Source of the DNA: Candidatus Latescibacterota bacterium
GTDB lineage: Bacteria; Latescibacterota; UBA2968; UBA8231
Length of the DNA: 64,000 bases
Direction: 5' to 3'
Assembly (NCBI GenBank): GCA_965215195.1
Contig: CBDCDC010000002.1
Location: 3,136,001-3,200,000 of the forward strand
The stretch's first letter is position 1; every line of letters starts with the position of its first letter. The notes below the pieces were generated by a model. The model did no database searches, was not told the DNA's origin, and was given only the letters and a program-made list of their open reading frames with translations. The position numbers and the translations under genes were made by a program. This document shows, in pieces, positions 29,795 through 39,048 of this stretch.

Positions 29795-30658
29795 ATGAGT
29801 ATGGAAGGGGCAGTGCCCCTCTGGTTATTGCTGCCGCTGCTGATGGAATTCGGCTTTGGGCAGTTGTTCAAATGGGCCACGCAACGCCGGTGCTACGCCC
29901 CGACCGTGGTATCGACCAACTATTGGGTCCTAGCTTCCATTCTGCTGCTCTATCTGGGATTCACAGGACAATTGCACCTACCGGCCGCCGCAGTAAAGGT
30001 CGGCGCAATCACCGGCGCGGTCTTCATCAGCTCCATGCTGTTGATGACGCGCTTGTTGCGCACCTTTCGCGTGGCTTCGGTGTTGACCGCTTTCCGTTTG
30101 GCCATCGTCGTGCCGGTGGGGCTGGGCGTACTGCTGTGGGACGAGCCGTTGGGCGGCCTCCAACTGGTGGGCTTGGGCTTGGCGTTGGGGGCCGTTTTGC
30201 TGATGTCGCGGCACGCTGGCCGTCAGACCGATGTTCCGCGCTGGATCGCCACGGTGCTGCTGATATTGGTTTTTAGTATCCAAGGGATGAGTATCTCCTG
30301 TCTGCGCTGGGTGCATTACGCCGGCTTGGACGATGCGTATTTGCAAGTGCTCATGGTCATCGGCTTTACCGCCGGGACCCTTGGTGCCACCGCATTCTTA
30401 TGGGAGACGCGCCAGCGCATTCGGCGCTTCGATCTGGCGGTGGGCACCGGCATCGGGGTGTACAATCTGTTCGCCTTAATGGCCGTCCTGATCGCGCTCA
30501 AGCACGTGCCGGGCACGGTATTTTTCCCATTGGTGGGCTGCGGCGTCGTCATTTTGGACAATGTGACAGCACCGCTGTTGTGGAAAGAGCCGATCAGTCG
30601 GGCGGCCGTTTTGGGCGTGGGCATAGGCGTGTTGGCGGTGATTTTGGTGGTTCAATAA
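29795..30658 (+). CDS. DMT/EamA family transporter
   Basis: About 10 TM segments in two halves; LLWDEPL / LLWKEPIS motifs. Confidence 0.8.
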   Translation: MSMEGAVPLWLLLPLLMEFGFGQLFKWATQRRCYAPTVVSTNYWVLASILLLYLGFTGQLHLPAAAVKVGAITGAVFISSMLLMTRLLRTFRVASVLTAFRLAIVVPVGLGVLLWDEPLGGLQLVGLGLALGAVLLMSRHAGRQTDVPRWIATVLLILVFSIQGMSISCLRWVHYAGLDDAYLQVLMVIGFTAGTLGATAFLWETRQRIRRFDLAVGTGIGVYNLFALMAVLIALKHVPGTVFFPLVGCGVVILDNVTAPLLWKEPISRAAVLGVGIGVLAVILVVQ

Positions 30659-30682
30659 ATCAAAGCGACGAGGAGTAGAATT

Positions 30683-31822
30683 ATGAGCAAGCGCTACAAG
30701 GCCGGCGTCATCGGGCGCACGGGTGCCGGCGATTACGGCCACGGCTTGGAAACCGTTTACCGGGGCTTGGAGCAAGTGAATTTAGTCGCGGTGGCCGACC
30801 CCGATCCCGAGGGCCGCGCCGCAGCCGGCGAACGCACGAGTGCCCAGCGGCTCTACGCCGATTACCGTCAGATGCTCGCCGCGGAGGACTTGGATATAGT
30901 CAGCGTCTGTCCGCGAATGCCCGACTGCCACGCCGACATGGTCATCGCCTGTGCCGAGGCCGGGGTGCGAGGCGTGTTTATTGAGAAGCCGCTGACGCCC
31001 TCTCTGCGCGAAGCCGACGCCCTCTTGGCGGCCTGTCAGGAGCACGGCGTCAAGACCGCAGTGGCGCACCGACGCGCCAATCCCTACGAGCAGTACGGCA
31101 AAAAGCTGGTTGACGAGGGCGTTATCGGCCAGCTACAAGTGCTGCGCAGTCACGGCAAGTCCGACCACCGGGCCGGGTCTCAGGATCTGATGGTCTTGGG
31201 CACCCACATGATGGACAGCATGCGCTACTTCGCCGGGGCTGAGGTGGCTTGGGCCCACGGGCACGTCACCCAAGATGGGCGCGAGGTGACGTTGGCCGAT
31301 GTGCGGGAAGGGGACGAGCGCATCGGCTTGATCGCCGGCAACGGGGTGGCGGCGTACTACGTTTTTGAGAACGGAGTAACCGCGCATTTTGAATCGCAAC
31401 CGGGCTATCCAAAAGGGTTCAACAGCCGTTGGTTCGGCTTTGAGGCGCACGGCAGCGAGGGCATCATCGCCCTGCGCAATTCGCCCAACGGCGAGATGTA
31501 TATCTATCGCCAGGGTTTGTGGATCCCCGGCGAGGAAAACGGCACTTGGGAACGGGTGCTGTTGGACGAATGGGAACAGTACTCGGCGGGCGAGCGCACG
31601 CACCAGAGCAATTTGATCATTGTGCGGGAATTGATCCAAGCCATTGAAGAGGATCGCTCGGTGCGGGCCTGTTCCAGCGGCGAGGACGGGCGAGCAGCTC
31701 TGGAAATGATCATGGCGGTACACGAGTCGCAGCGCTTGGGCACGCGGGTGTCCTTGCCTTTGGCGAACCGGGAGAATCCCTATGAGACTTGGCGACGGCA
31801 GCATGGGGAAAAGGCGACATAG
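30683..31822 (+). CDS. Gfo/Idh/MocA family oxidoreductase
   Basis: VAVADPD, YADYRQML, FIEKPL, GTHMMD; GAGGAG RBS. Confidence 0.92.
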   Translation: MSKRYKAGVIGRTGAGDYGHGLETVYRGLEQVNLVAVADPDPEGRAAAGERTSAQRLYADYRQMLAAEDLDIVSVCPRMPDCHADMVIACAEAGVRGVFIEKPLTPSLREADALLAACQEHGVKTAVAHRRANPYEQYGKKLVDEGVIGQLQVLRSHGKSDHRAGSQDLMVLGTHMMDSMRYFAGAEVAWAHGHVTQDGREVTLADVREGDERIGLIAGNGVAAYYVFENGVTAHFESQPGYPKGFNSRWFGFEAHGSEGIIALRNSPNGEMYIYRQGLWIPGEENGTWERVLLDEWEQYSAGERTHQSNLIIVRELIQAIEEDRSVRACSSGEDGRAALEMIMAVHESQRLGTRVSLPLANRENPYETWRRQHGEKAT

Positions 31823-31849
31823 GCCGTTTGTCGCTTGCCATAGAAATTA

Positions 31850-31951
31850 GGTGGTCACCGTCTGGCTCGAGCGTTGCTCGAAGGAACTACGACTATCAAG
31901 GCCGTCCAATTTGCACAGATGCCCGAGCCAGACGTCATCGAAGATATTTGA
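31850..31951 (+). pseudogene. C-terminal stub of a ParB-like small protein
   Basis: Manual translation GGHRLARALLEGTTTIKAVQFAQMPEPDVIEDI* (G.HR motif), immediately upstream of an attC-like site. Confidence 0.5.
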
Positions 31952-31962
31952 TAGTGGCCATC

Positions 31963-32051
31963 GCTTAACAGCGGGTTAATGCTGCGCGGCCTTCGCCGCT
32001 TGGCCCTAACAGGCAACCCCTCGGAGTTCATCAATCCGCACAACGTTACAC
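31963..32051 (+). other. attC-like integron recombination site
   Basis: R'' GCTTAAC ... R' GTTACAC; inner arms GCGGGTTAATG / CATCAATCCGC pair with two imperfect positions; 89 bp; follows a stop codon. Confidence 0.6.
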
Positions 32052-32111
32052 GACATTGGATGCCCCAATGAAACACATAGATGAATAGGCCACAGGCTAT
32101 TCTCTTCGGGT

Positions 32112-32227
32112 ACCGCTGTTGTGGAAAGAGCCGATTAGCCGGACGGCCGTTTTGAGCGTAGGCGTGGGCGTATTGGCCGTGATCTTGGTGGTTCAATAAA
32201 ACGGAGCGACGAGGAAGGCGAATTATG
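32112..32227 (+). repeat. Diverged duplicate of 30571-30685 (3' end of the DMT gene + RBS + ATG)
   Basis: Both read accgctgttgtggaaagagccgat...tggtggttcaataaa...agcgacgagga...gaattATG. Confidence 0.9.
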
Positions 32228-33013
32228 ATCGATGATTCCTACAGTTCGGGAGCGAAGCATTACGACGCGGCCTACAGCGTCAAGGAGGATTTGCTGGACA
32301 GGGACTTCTACCTCGATCTAGCCAATGAGTATGGTGGACCGGTCCTCGAGTTTGGCTGCGGTACTGGGAGAATTACCTTGCCGCTGGCGCGACGCGGTGT
32401 TGATGTCACGGGGGTAGATGCTTCTCATTCCATGCTGGAGATCTTGCGCACCAAGCTCGCCAAAGAACGCGAAAGCGTACGACGGAGAACCCGAGTTATA
32501 GAGGGAGATTTTCGCACCCATTCTTTGGGGGGTCGATTTTCCTTGGTAGTAATTCCCTTCAGACCCATGCAGCATATGTACACTACGGAAGATCAACTGG
32601 CGGCCCTGCAAAACGCCGGGAGACACTTGGCCGAGGGTGGTATCCTCGCGTTTGATGTGTTCAATCCCCGTTTCGACAAAGTGCTGTCGGGCGTTGGCGA
32701 AGAATACTTGGAGTTGGAGTGGCCGGCACAAGATGGGACCGAGCGGATGATCCGACGCTACTTTGTAAAGGACGCGATTGACCTGGTCAATCTGAACTTA
32801 TCGGGCCGGTTTATCTTCCGCTTGTGCGAGGGGGATCAAGTTCTGTCTGAGGAGGTGCAGCCGTTGAAGATGAGTTTCTATACTTATCCTCACCTCAAAG
32901 CGCTTTTCTGCGCCACAGGTCTCGAGAGTGTGGGAGAATTCGGATCATTTGATCGGAGGCCGATAGGGCCCGAGGCACCTGAAATGATATTCCTATTGAA
33001 GCGCCGGCACTAG
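32225..33013 (+). CDS. Class I SAM-dependent methyltransferase
   Basis: PVLEFGCGTGRI, VTGVDAS, GDFR, HLAEGGILAFD. Confidence 0.92.
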   Translation: MIDDSYSSGAKHYDAAYSVKEDLLDRDFYLDLANEYGGPVLEFGCGTGRITLPLARRGVDVTGVDASHSMLEILRTKLAKERESVRRRTRVIEGDFRTHSLGGRFSLVVIPFRPMQHMYTTEDQLAALQNAGRHLAEGGILAFDVFNPRFDKVLSGVGEEYLELEWPAQDGTERMIRRYFVKDAIDLVNLNLSGRFIFRLCEGDQVLSEEVQPLKMSFYTYPHLKALFCATGLESVGEFGSFDRRPIGPEAPEMIFLLKRRH

Positions 33014-33161
33014 TCTGGCAAATGAACTTCAGGGCATTCGATGCCGAGCTATCGCACCTCTTGGCGGCATTTGCTGATGACAAAGGGGTTATCAGCTTCC
33101 GCTTGCAGGCGAGAGTAGCTTGGGGAAGGCCACTGGCATAGGCGGCGGAGCGGCCCGCAGC

Positions 33162-33211
33162 ACCTAACACCGTGCCCGGCTACGGGTTCGCGCAAGGCGA
33201 AAACGTTATTC
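33162..33211 (+). other. Short, internally deleted attC-like site
   Basis: ACCTAAC ... GCGAAAAC-GTTATTC; lies after the stop of a 39-codon remnant (33022-33141) and before a new RBS and ORF. Confidence 0.45.
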
Positions 33212-33245
33212 GAACCGAAAATGAGGGAATGGGACCTAGCCGACT

Positions 33246-33863
33246 ATGGAACCTAATTGGCTCACTTGGGCAAGAAAAATTCAGGCGATTGCTCAGAATG
33301 GTCTAGCATATTCCAAGGATCCCTTTGATATCGAGCGATTCGAGGAGTTATGCGAACTTGCTCTGGAGATCCTGCAAAATTACACGGCCTCAGATCTGCC
33401 AAGAATTCGGAGTCTGTTTGCTAGTGAGCATGGCCACGCAACGCCCAAAGTTGACGTGCGAGGTGTCGTTTTCAACGAGGATGCTATTCTGCTGGTCAGA
33501 GAGCGATCGGAAGGTACGTGGACGCTGCCTGGGGGATGGGTCGATGTCAACGAGTCGCCGAGCGAGTCTGTGGCGCGGGAAGTCTTCGAGGAGTCGGGCT
33601 ACCAAACGAAAGCGCTGAAGTTATTAGCCTGCTATGACCGAAACAGACACCCCCACCCTCCTCACCCGTATCATGTGTACAAGCTTTTCTTTCACTGCGA
33701 AATCGTAGGTGGAAGCCCAACCACAAGCTCTGAAACGGATGGCGTCGATTTCTTCAAGCAAGATGCCATCCCTGAACTGTCCACGGGTAGGGTAACTTCT
33801 GCCCAGATTGACCGTTTTTTCGATTTTTTGAGATCGCCAGATTTGCCAACTGATTTCGATTGA
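33246..33863 (+). CDS. NUDIX hydrolase with N-terminal domain (YjhB-like)
   Basis: WLTWARKIQAIAQNGLAYSKDPFDIERF, TPKVDVRG, LPGGW..ESPSESVAREVFEESG. Confidence 0.93.
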   Translation: MEPNWLTWARKIQAIAQNGLAYSKDPFDIERFEELCELALEILQNYTASDLPRIRSLFASEHGHATPKVDVRGVVFNEDAILLVRERSEGTWTLPGGWVDVNESPSESVAREVFEESGYQTKALKLLACYDRNRHPHPPHPYHVYKLFFHCEIVGGSPTTSSETDGVDFFKQDAIPELSTGRVTSAQIDRFFDFLRSPDLPTDFD

Positions 33864-33992
33864 GATTTGCCTGAGGTAGATTTCGCTGCGTAGCTGCGTA
33901 GTTTATGTCAACCTGTATCACGCCGAGGAAGCCAGAGTCAAACTTGGATATGAATCGATCTACATCTTTTAGGGTACGGAAAGGGGGCAAAG

Positions 33993-34493
33993 ATCAGCTT
34001 CAACTCCTATTTCCGATCAGCTACGTCCGCTGACGCCGAGATTGTAGCGCGGATTTATGTCGATTCGTGGAACGCTGGATTTGGCGCACTGCTATCGCAG
34101 GCCGATAGGACTGTGACGCCAGCCCTTACTGAACGCTGGCACCATGATCTTGCTCAGCCTGTCCCACATCGTTGGTGGGTAGCCGAGCGGATGGGTTCAA
34201 CTGTAGGGTTCGTCGGCATTGGACCCAGCCGAGATCCGATGGATGCTCATCTCGGCGAACTTGATACGATCGCGGTCTATCCGTCGTACTGGCGCACAGG
34301 TATTGGCAAGGCATTGATGTCTGTCGCTTTGCGTTATCTGGTTGCAGACGGATACGAGGAGGCGATAGTGTGGACCGTAGAAGGCTACGAGCGCGGGATC
34401 GCTTTCTACGAGGCCATGGGGTGGTGCCGCGATGGTGGTGTTCGAGATGAAGGGCGACAAATCCGCTTCCGGCGCGACGTATCTACCTTATAA
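33993..34493 (+). CDS. GNAT acetyltransferase (expected start codon reads ATC)
   Basis: Open frame FRSATSADAEIVARIYVDSW...AVYPSYWRTGIGKAL..AFYEAMGW; RBS-like AAGGGGG upstream of ATC at 33993. Confidence 0.75.
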   Translation: MSFNSYFRSATSADAEIVARIYVDSWNAGFGALLSQADRTVTPALTERWHHDLAQPVPHRWWVAERMGSTVGFVGIGPSRDPMDAHLGELDTIAVYPSYWRTGIGKALMSVALRYLVADGYEEAIVWTVEGYERGIAFYEAMGWCRDGGVRDEGRQIRFRRDVSTL

Positions 34494-34609
34494 CACGTTG
34501 TTGCGCTGCGCTGATGCGCCTTGGTCTTCGGCAACGCACTTCGCGGGTTCGCAAACTTTGCTAGCCAAGTCTTCCGCATCTCTTAAAAACTTTATACAAA
34601 GGCAAGCAA

Positions 34610-35434
34610 ATGAGTGAAGATAAGATCGTCCAAAAAACAGAAATTCCCGCCACAGTCGAATCGTTGCAGGCTGACTTCCGCGCGCTTGGCGTCAAACCGG
34701 GGATGGTCGTGTTGGTGCATTCGTCCTTGAGTGCAATGGGATGGGTGTGCGGAGGAGCGGTGGCGGTCATCGTCGCCCTACAGGAAGCCTTGGGCTCGAC
34801 TGGAACGCTTGTGATGCCCGCCCACTCGCCCGACCTGACTGAACCGAGCAAGTGGGAAAGTCCGCCCGTCCCCGAGTCGTGGTGGCCGGTAATACGCGAG
34901 AACATGCCGGCCTACGATCCAGTGCTTACCCCCACTCGTTCTATGGGCATTATCGCAGAGACATTCCGCAAGCAACGAGGCATTCTCCGCAGCGCACATC
35001 CGCAGGTCTCGTTTTGTGCATGTGGACCCCAAGCACCGCGCATCACCAATAATCATGCATTGGCCTTTGGTCTAGGAGAGCATTCGCCGCTGGCGAGAAT
35101 CTACGATTTGCACGGCTTGGTCCTTCTTCTCGGTGTAGAGCATGGCAACAATACGTCCATGCACCTTGCGGAACATCGGGCGACTTTTCCAACCAAACGC
35201 GTCATCCAGCAAGGCGCTCCAATCTCCACGTCGGATTCGCGGAGATGGACCACCTTTGAAGATATTGACATCGACAGTTCGGACTTTGATCGCATTGGCG
35301 AGGACTTTCTGCGCTCAGACGCGGGCCGTGTCGTCCGTCGCGGCCGAGTTGGCCTTGCAGATTGCCAGCTCATGCCACAACGCGATGTCGTGGATTTCGC
35401 GGTTGATTGGCTCGAAGAGAATAGATCGAAATAG
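34610..35434 (+). CDS. AAC(3)-family (YokD-like) N-acetyltransferase
   Basis: VLVHSSLSAMGWVCGGA, GTLVMPAH, MGIIAETFR, RSAHPQVSF, NTSMHLAE. Confidence 0.93.
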   Translation: MSEDKIVQKTEIPATVESLQADFRALGVKPGMVVLVHSSLSAMGWVCGGAVAVIVALQEALGSTGTLVMPAHSPDLTEPSKWESPPVPESWWPVIRENMPAYDPVLTPTRSMGIIAETFRKQRGILRSAHPQVSFCACGPQAPRITNNHALAFGLGEHSPLARIYDLHGLVLLLGVEHGNNTSMHLAEHRATFPTKRVIQQGAPISTSDSRRWTTFEDIDIDSSDFDRIGEDFLRSDAGRVVRRGRVGLADCQLMPQRDVVDFAVDWLEENRSK

Positions 35435-35462
35435 ACCTATGTTGAATGAGGATGAGAAGCCG

Positions 35463-35897
35463 ATGCAACTACGCGGTAAGGTTGTCTGTGTATTTGAAAG
35501 ATACGGAACATTTCTGCTGTCCATTGCAAGAGATCCAAGTACTAGGGAAAATTTCTACTTGCCGGTCGGAGGCGGTATTGAGTTCGGAGAGTACTCTGTT
35601 GATGCGGTCCGCCGCGAGATAAAAGAGGAACTGGGCAAAGAAATCGTTAACGAGCGCCTTCTGGGCGTATCAGAGCATATTTTTATTTTTGCTGGGCAAA
35701 AGGAACATGAGATCGTTTTTACGTACCTAGCCGAGTTCAAAGATCAAGCTGCTTACAACGAAACGTTGACTGGCACCGAATCGAATGGCCAACCAATAGA
35801 ACTTGTCTGGATTACACTCGATGAATTGGCCAAGTCGACAATGGAACTGTATCCTAATGGCCTCTTCGAGCAGCTAGCGCAATTGGAAGTAGTATAG
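35463..35897 (+). CDS. NUDIX hydrolase
   Basis: Nudix box GGGIEFGEYSVDAVRREIKEELG. Confidence 0.88.
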   Translation: MQLRGKVVCVFERYGTFLLSIARDPSTRENFYLPVGGGIEFGEYSVDAVRREIKEELGKEIVNERLLGVSEHIFIFAGQKEHEIVFTYLAEFKDQAAYNETLTGTESNGQPIELVWITLDELAKSTMELYPNGLFEQLAQLEVV

Positions 35898-35944
35898 CCA
35901 AACCACAGCGACGGGCTACCTTCATTTTCAAAGGGAAAAGACCC

Positions 35945-36847
35945 ATGAGCAATCACATCGTCGTATCGAGCATTTCCTATGCCCCGATCAGCGGCACGGA
36001 CCAAGAGGTGATGGAGCAAACGCACGCGGATCTAAAGGATTTGGTGGGGCGGGTCGCCCGGGCCACTAGACCCGATCTGATCGTCTTGCCCGAGACCATC
36101 TGCCGGACTTGCGACGAGGAAGTGCCAGAGGGGCCGACGACTCGGCTGCTGGCCGGCTTAGCCCAGCAGTATGGCTGCTATATCACCGTGCCAGTGCATC
36201 AAAAGGAACGCAAGAGCGGGGCGGTCTTCAACGTCCTTGGGCTGCTCGACCGGCAGGGGGAATTGGCCGGTATCTACCGCAAGTACATCCCAGTGTACCC
36301 AGAGTTTGACCACGGCACTCGTCCTGGTCCAGGCGCGGCCCTAATCCAAACCGATTTCGGACCAGTGGGCGGGGTGATCTGCTTTGATCTGAACTTTGGG
36401 GAGTTGCGGGCCCAGTACAAAAAGCTCAAGCCGAAATTGCTGCTCTTTAGCTCCATGTATCACGGCGGGCTGGTGCAGAACTTCTGGGCTTTGGACGTGC
36501 AGGCATTTTTTATCGGCTCGGTGTACAAGGGGACGCCCTGCACCATTATCGATCCGCAGGGCACGACCTTGGCCCAAAGCAACAACTACCAGAGCTGGGC
36601 CACGGCGCGCATCAACTTGGACTACGAGGTGGTGCATCTCGACAAGAATCAGGCCAAGTACGACGATATCCATCGGCAATACGGCGAGGCCGTGCGCATT
36701 GTGACAGCCGGGCAGGTGGGTACTTCGGTAATCTACAGCGAGACCGCAGATCGTACCGCAGCCGATATCGTCGATGAATTCGAGCTAGTGCGGCTGGACG
36801 AGTACTTCGACTGGTCGCGGCAACTGCGGCTGGAGCATCTGGCGTGA
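35945..36847 (+). CDS. Carbon-nitrogen hydrolase (nitrilase superfamily)
   Basis: LIVLPE, YRK, ICFDLNF: Glu-Lys-Cys triad. Confidence 0.9.
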   Translation: MSNHIVVSSISYAPISGTDQEVMEQTHADLKDLVGRVARATRPDLIVLPETICRTCDEEVPEGPTTRLLAGLAQQYGCYITVPVHQKERKSGAVFNVLGLLDRQGELAGIYRKYIPVYPEFDHGTRPGPGAALIQTDFGPVGGVICFDLNFGELRAQYKKLKPKLLLFSSMYHGGLVQNFWALDVQAFFIGSVYKGTPCTIIDPQGTTLAQSNNYQSWATARINLDYEVVHLDKNQAKYDDIHRQYGEAVRIVTAGQVGTSVIYSETADRTAADIVDEFELVRLDEYFDWSRQLRLEHLA

Positions 36848-36899
36848 TCTGCGATTACCTCACAAACCGAGGACGCGCTCCGAAAGCTACAGGGCAAGA

Positions 36900-37844
36900 A
36901 TGAAAAGACTCACGCGAGCGGCATTTCAGAGAGCAAAGACCTTTGTCGTGGATCAGGGCCGGGAGTTGGACCGAAGGCGTTTTGAATTTCACTTTGAAGC
37001 CGGATCGGCCGATGCTGTTTTGGCCGCACTGGCCTCGTACCAAAACGACGACGGTGGTTTCGGCCACAGCCTCGAACCCGACCTCAGGACACCGGCTTCG
37101 TCTGCGCTTGCTACTGCGGTAGGCTTCCAGATTCTCAGGGAAGTTCGGGCACCTACGAGCCATGCGCTGGTGCGGAAGGGGATCGACTATTTTGTCGCCA
37201 CGTACGACGAATCCCGGCAGGTGTGGCCCATCGTTCCACCCGCAGTGGATGAGGCACCCTGCGCCCCTTGGTGGAACTACGAGAAAAGCGAGGAGACCTT
37301 CGGTCAGTTTCTGGTCAACCCGCGTGCTGAGATCGTCGGATATTTGCACGACTATGGAGAAAGAGTGCCGGCAGAATTGCTGAAGACGACGACTGCGGCC
37401 GCATTGGAGCAGCTAAATTCTCTGCCCGACGAAGTGGAGATGCACGACATCCTCTGTTTCCTCCGGCTCGCGGAGACGGAAGCTCTGCCAAATAGGGATT
37501 GGGTGTGGGAGAAACTGGCCCAGGCGGCCACGCATGGTGTCGCCCGGGATGCCGAGCAGTTGACTGGCTATGCTCTCAAACCCCTGTGGCTGGTTTCCTC
37601 GCCAAAATCACCGCTGGCCGCTGGGCTCGAGGACGAAGTGGAGATGAACCTCGACTTCGAGGTTGAGCAGCAGGGCGAGGACGGCTCTTGGTCCCCGAAC
37701 TTCTCTTGGGGAGATCAGTATCCAGAGGTATGGCCGACAGCTAAGAGGGAATGGCAGGCCAAGCTTACGGTCGATACCTTGAAATCGTTGAAAAATTTCG
37801 GCCGCATCGAAATCTCTAAAAGTTCCATTGCACCTGCGCCGTAA
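36900..37844 (+). CDS. Conserved protein with prenyltransferase/terpene-cyclase-like alpha-barrel repeats
   Basis: YQNDDGGFGHSLEPDLR; QQGEDGSW. Confidence 0.7.
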   Translation: MKRLTRAAFQRAKTFVVDQGRELDRRRFEFHFEAGSADAVLAALASYQNDDGGFGHSLEPDLRTPASSALATAVGFQILREVRAPTSHALVRKGIDYFVATYDESRQVWPIVPPAVDEAPCAPWWNYEKSEETFGQFLVNPRAEIVGYLHDYGERVPAELLKTTTAAALEQLNSLPDEVEMHDILCFLRLAETEALPNRDWVWEKLAQAATHGVARDAEQLTGYALKPLWLVSSPKSPLAAGLEDEVEMNLDFEVEQQGEDGSWSPNFSWGDQYPEVWPTAKREWQAKLTVDTLKSLKNFGRIEISKSSIAPAP

Positions 37845-38415
37845 CGCGATTGATGCGAATGGACTCTTCGTTGTGGAGGCCCTTTTGCTCGCCGAAGACA
37901 AAGTCGTGCTGAAAGCGCAAGGCCACTCGCAGGCGGTCGCTTAGCACGACTTCCCCCCCGACCCCCGGCGCGACCCCGAACAGGGTCTTGCCGACTCGGT
38001 CGTCGGCGTCGGGCAGTGAATAGAGCCCGGCGTCGAGCGACAGGTAGTAATTGAACGGCTGATAGACGTAGGACGAGCGGACTCCGCCCGAGTAGACGTT
38101 GATGCCTTGGTCCAATACGCGGGCAAAGCCTAGCTGGAAGGCCAGCCATTCCTCGATCATGTAGCCGGCATGGCCCCCCAAAACGAGATCGGTCTTCTCA
38201 TTGCTATTCCGCTCGAACCCAACCTCCGTCCTTTCCACCATCGCCGCCCCCAAAAAGCCCTCGGTATAGAAGCGGCCGTACTGAGCCGCATACCTATAGC
38301 CGCCTTTGCCGTACTCGCTGCCTTCGGGGCCGTCGGTGCGCCCCGGCGTCGCTGAATCAGCACGCGCCCCGGCAGCCAGCACCAACAGCGCGACAAGTGC
38401 TGTAATCCGTCTCAT
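37816..38415 (-). CDS. Outer-membrane beta-barrel protein
   Basis: Signal peptide; amphipathic strands; C-terminal VQWNF. Confidence 0.7.
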   Translation of the reverse strand: MRRITALVALLVLAAGARADSATPGRTDGPEGSEYGKGGYRYAAQYGRFYTEGFLGAAMVERTEVGFERNSNEKTDLVLGGHAGYMIEEWLAFQLGFARVLDQGINVYSGGVRSSYVYQPFNYYLSLDAGLYSLPDADDRVGKTLFGVAPGVGGEVVLSDRLRVALRFQHDFVFGEQKGLHNEESIRINRVTAQVQWNF

Positions 38416-38431
38416 ACTCGGCGTTCCTTTC

Positions 38432-39028
38432 TCAGAATCCAATGCTCTTTTTCTCAAAGTGCTTGGTAATTTCCTTGTGGTCGGTCCAGACGATCTGGGT
38501 AGTCGCAATGTCGGTCAGCTCAAAGGTCACCTTGTAGTAGATGACCTTGTTATTGCCCACCTGCTGCACGGTTGAGGTGATGACTCCGCCGAGCAAGAAG
38601 CGCGCACCCCGCTGGTTGCCCGGCCCTTGGGCCTCGTCTGGGCGCACGTAGCCCGAGCCTTGGTATTCGTACTCCTCGGCGATTTCCCGGCGCGCCGCCT
38701 TGTCGAGAAACCCAAACTGCCCGCTCTGGATCAGTGCCGTTTTGACGTGGTCGTACAGGGCCTGCATGTCGATGTGCTCGGCGGTCCGGTTGCGCGGCAT
38801 CTCCAAGATGACGAGCGGCTGCTCGGCGAGTGCCTGAGTGCCGGCCCAAGTCTCCATTGAGCCGATCATCTTCTTGGCCACTAGCTGCATATCGTTTTGG
38901 TTCCACTTGTCGTCAAGCATGGAGATCTCTTGCGGATCCCCGTACTCGCCGCGAGTGAAGGCCCTCGGGCCGCCGCAGGCCGAAAACCCCAAAGCCGCTA
39001 TTAGGGCGGCGAAAACGCAGTATCTCAT
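38432..39028 (-). CDS. lpoB: Penicillin-binding protein activator LpoB-like lipoprotein
   Basis: Lipobox FSAC; DMQLVAKKMI, NRTAEHID, EYEYQGSG, YYKVTFELTDIAT..IVW. Confidence 0.8.
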   Translation of the reverse strand: MRYCVFAALIAALGFSACGGPRAFTRGEYGDPQEISMLDDKWNQNDMQLVAKKMIGSMETWAGTQALAEQPLVILEMPRNRTAEHIDMQALYDHVKTALIQSGQFGFLDKAARREIAEEYEYQGSGYVRPDEAQGPGNQRGARFLLGGVITSTVQQVGNNKVIYYKVTFELTDIATTQIVWTDHKEITKHFEKKSIGF

Positions 39029-39048
39029 TGGCGTAAGCTCCTTTCCTT

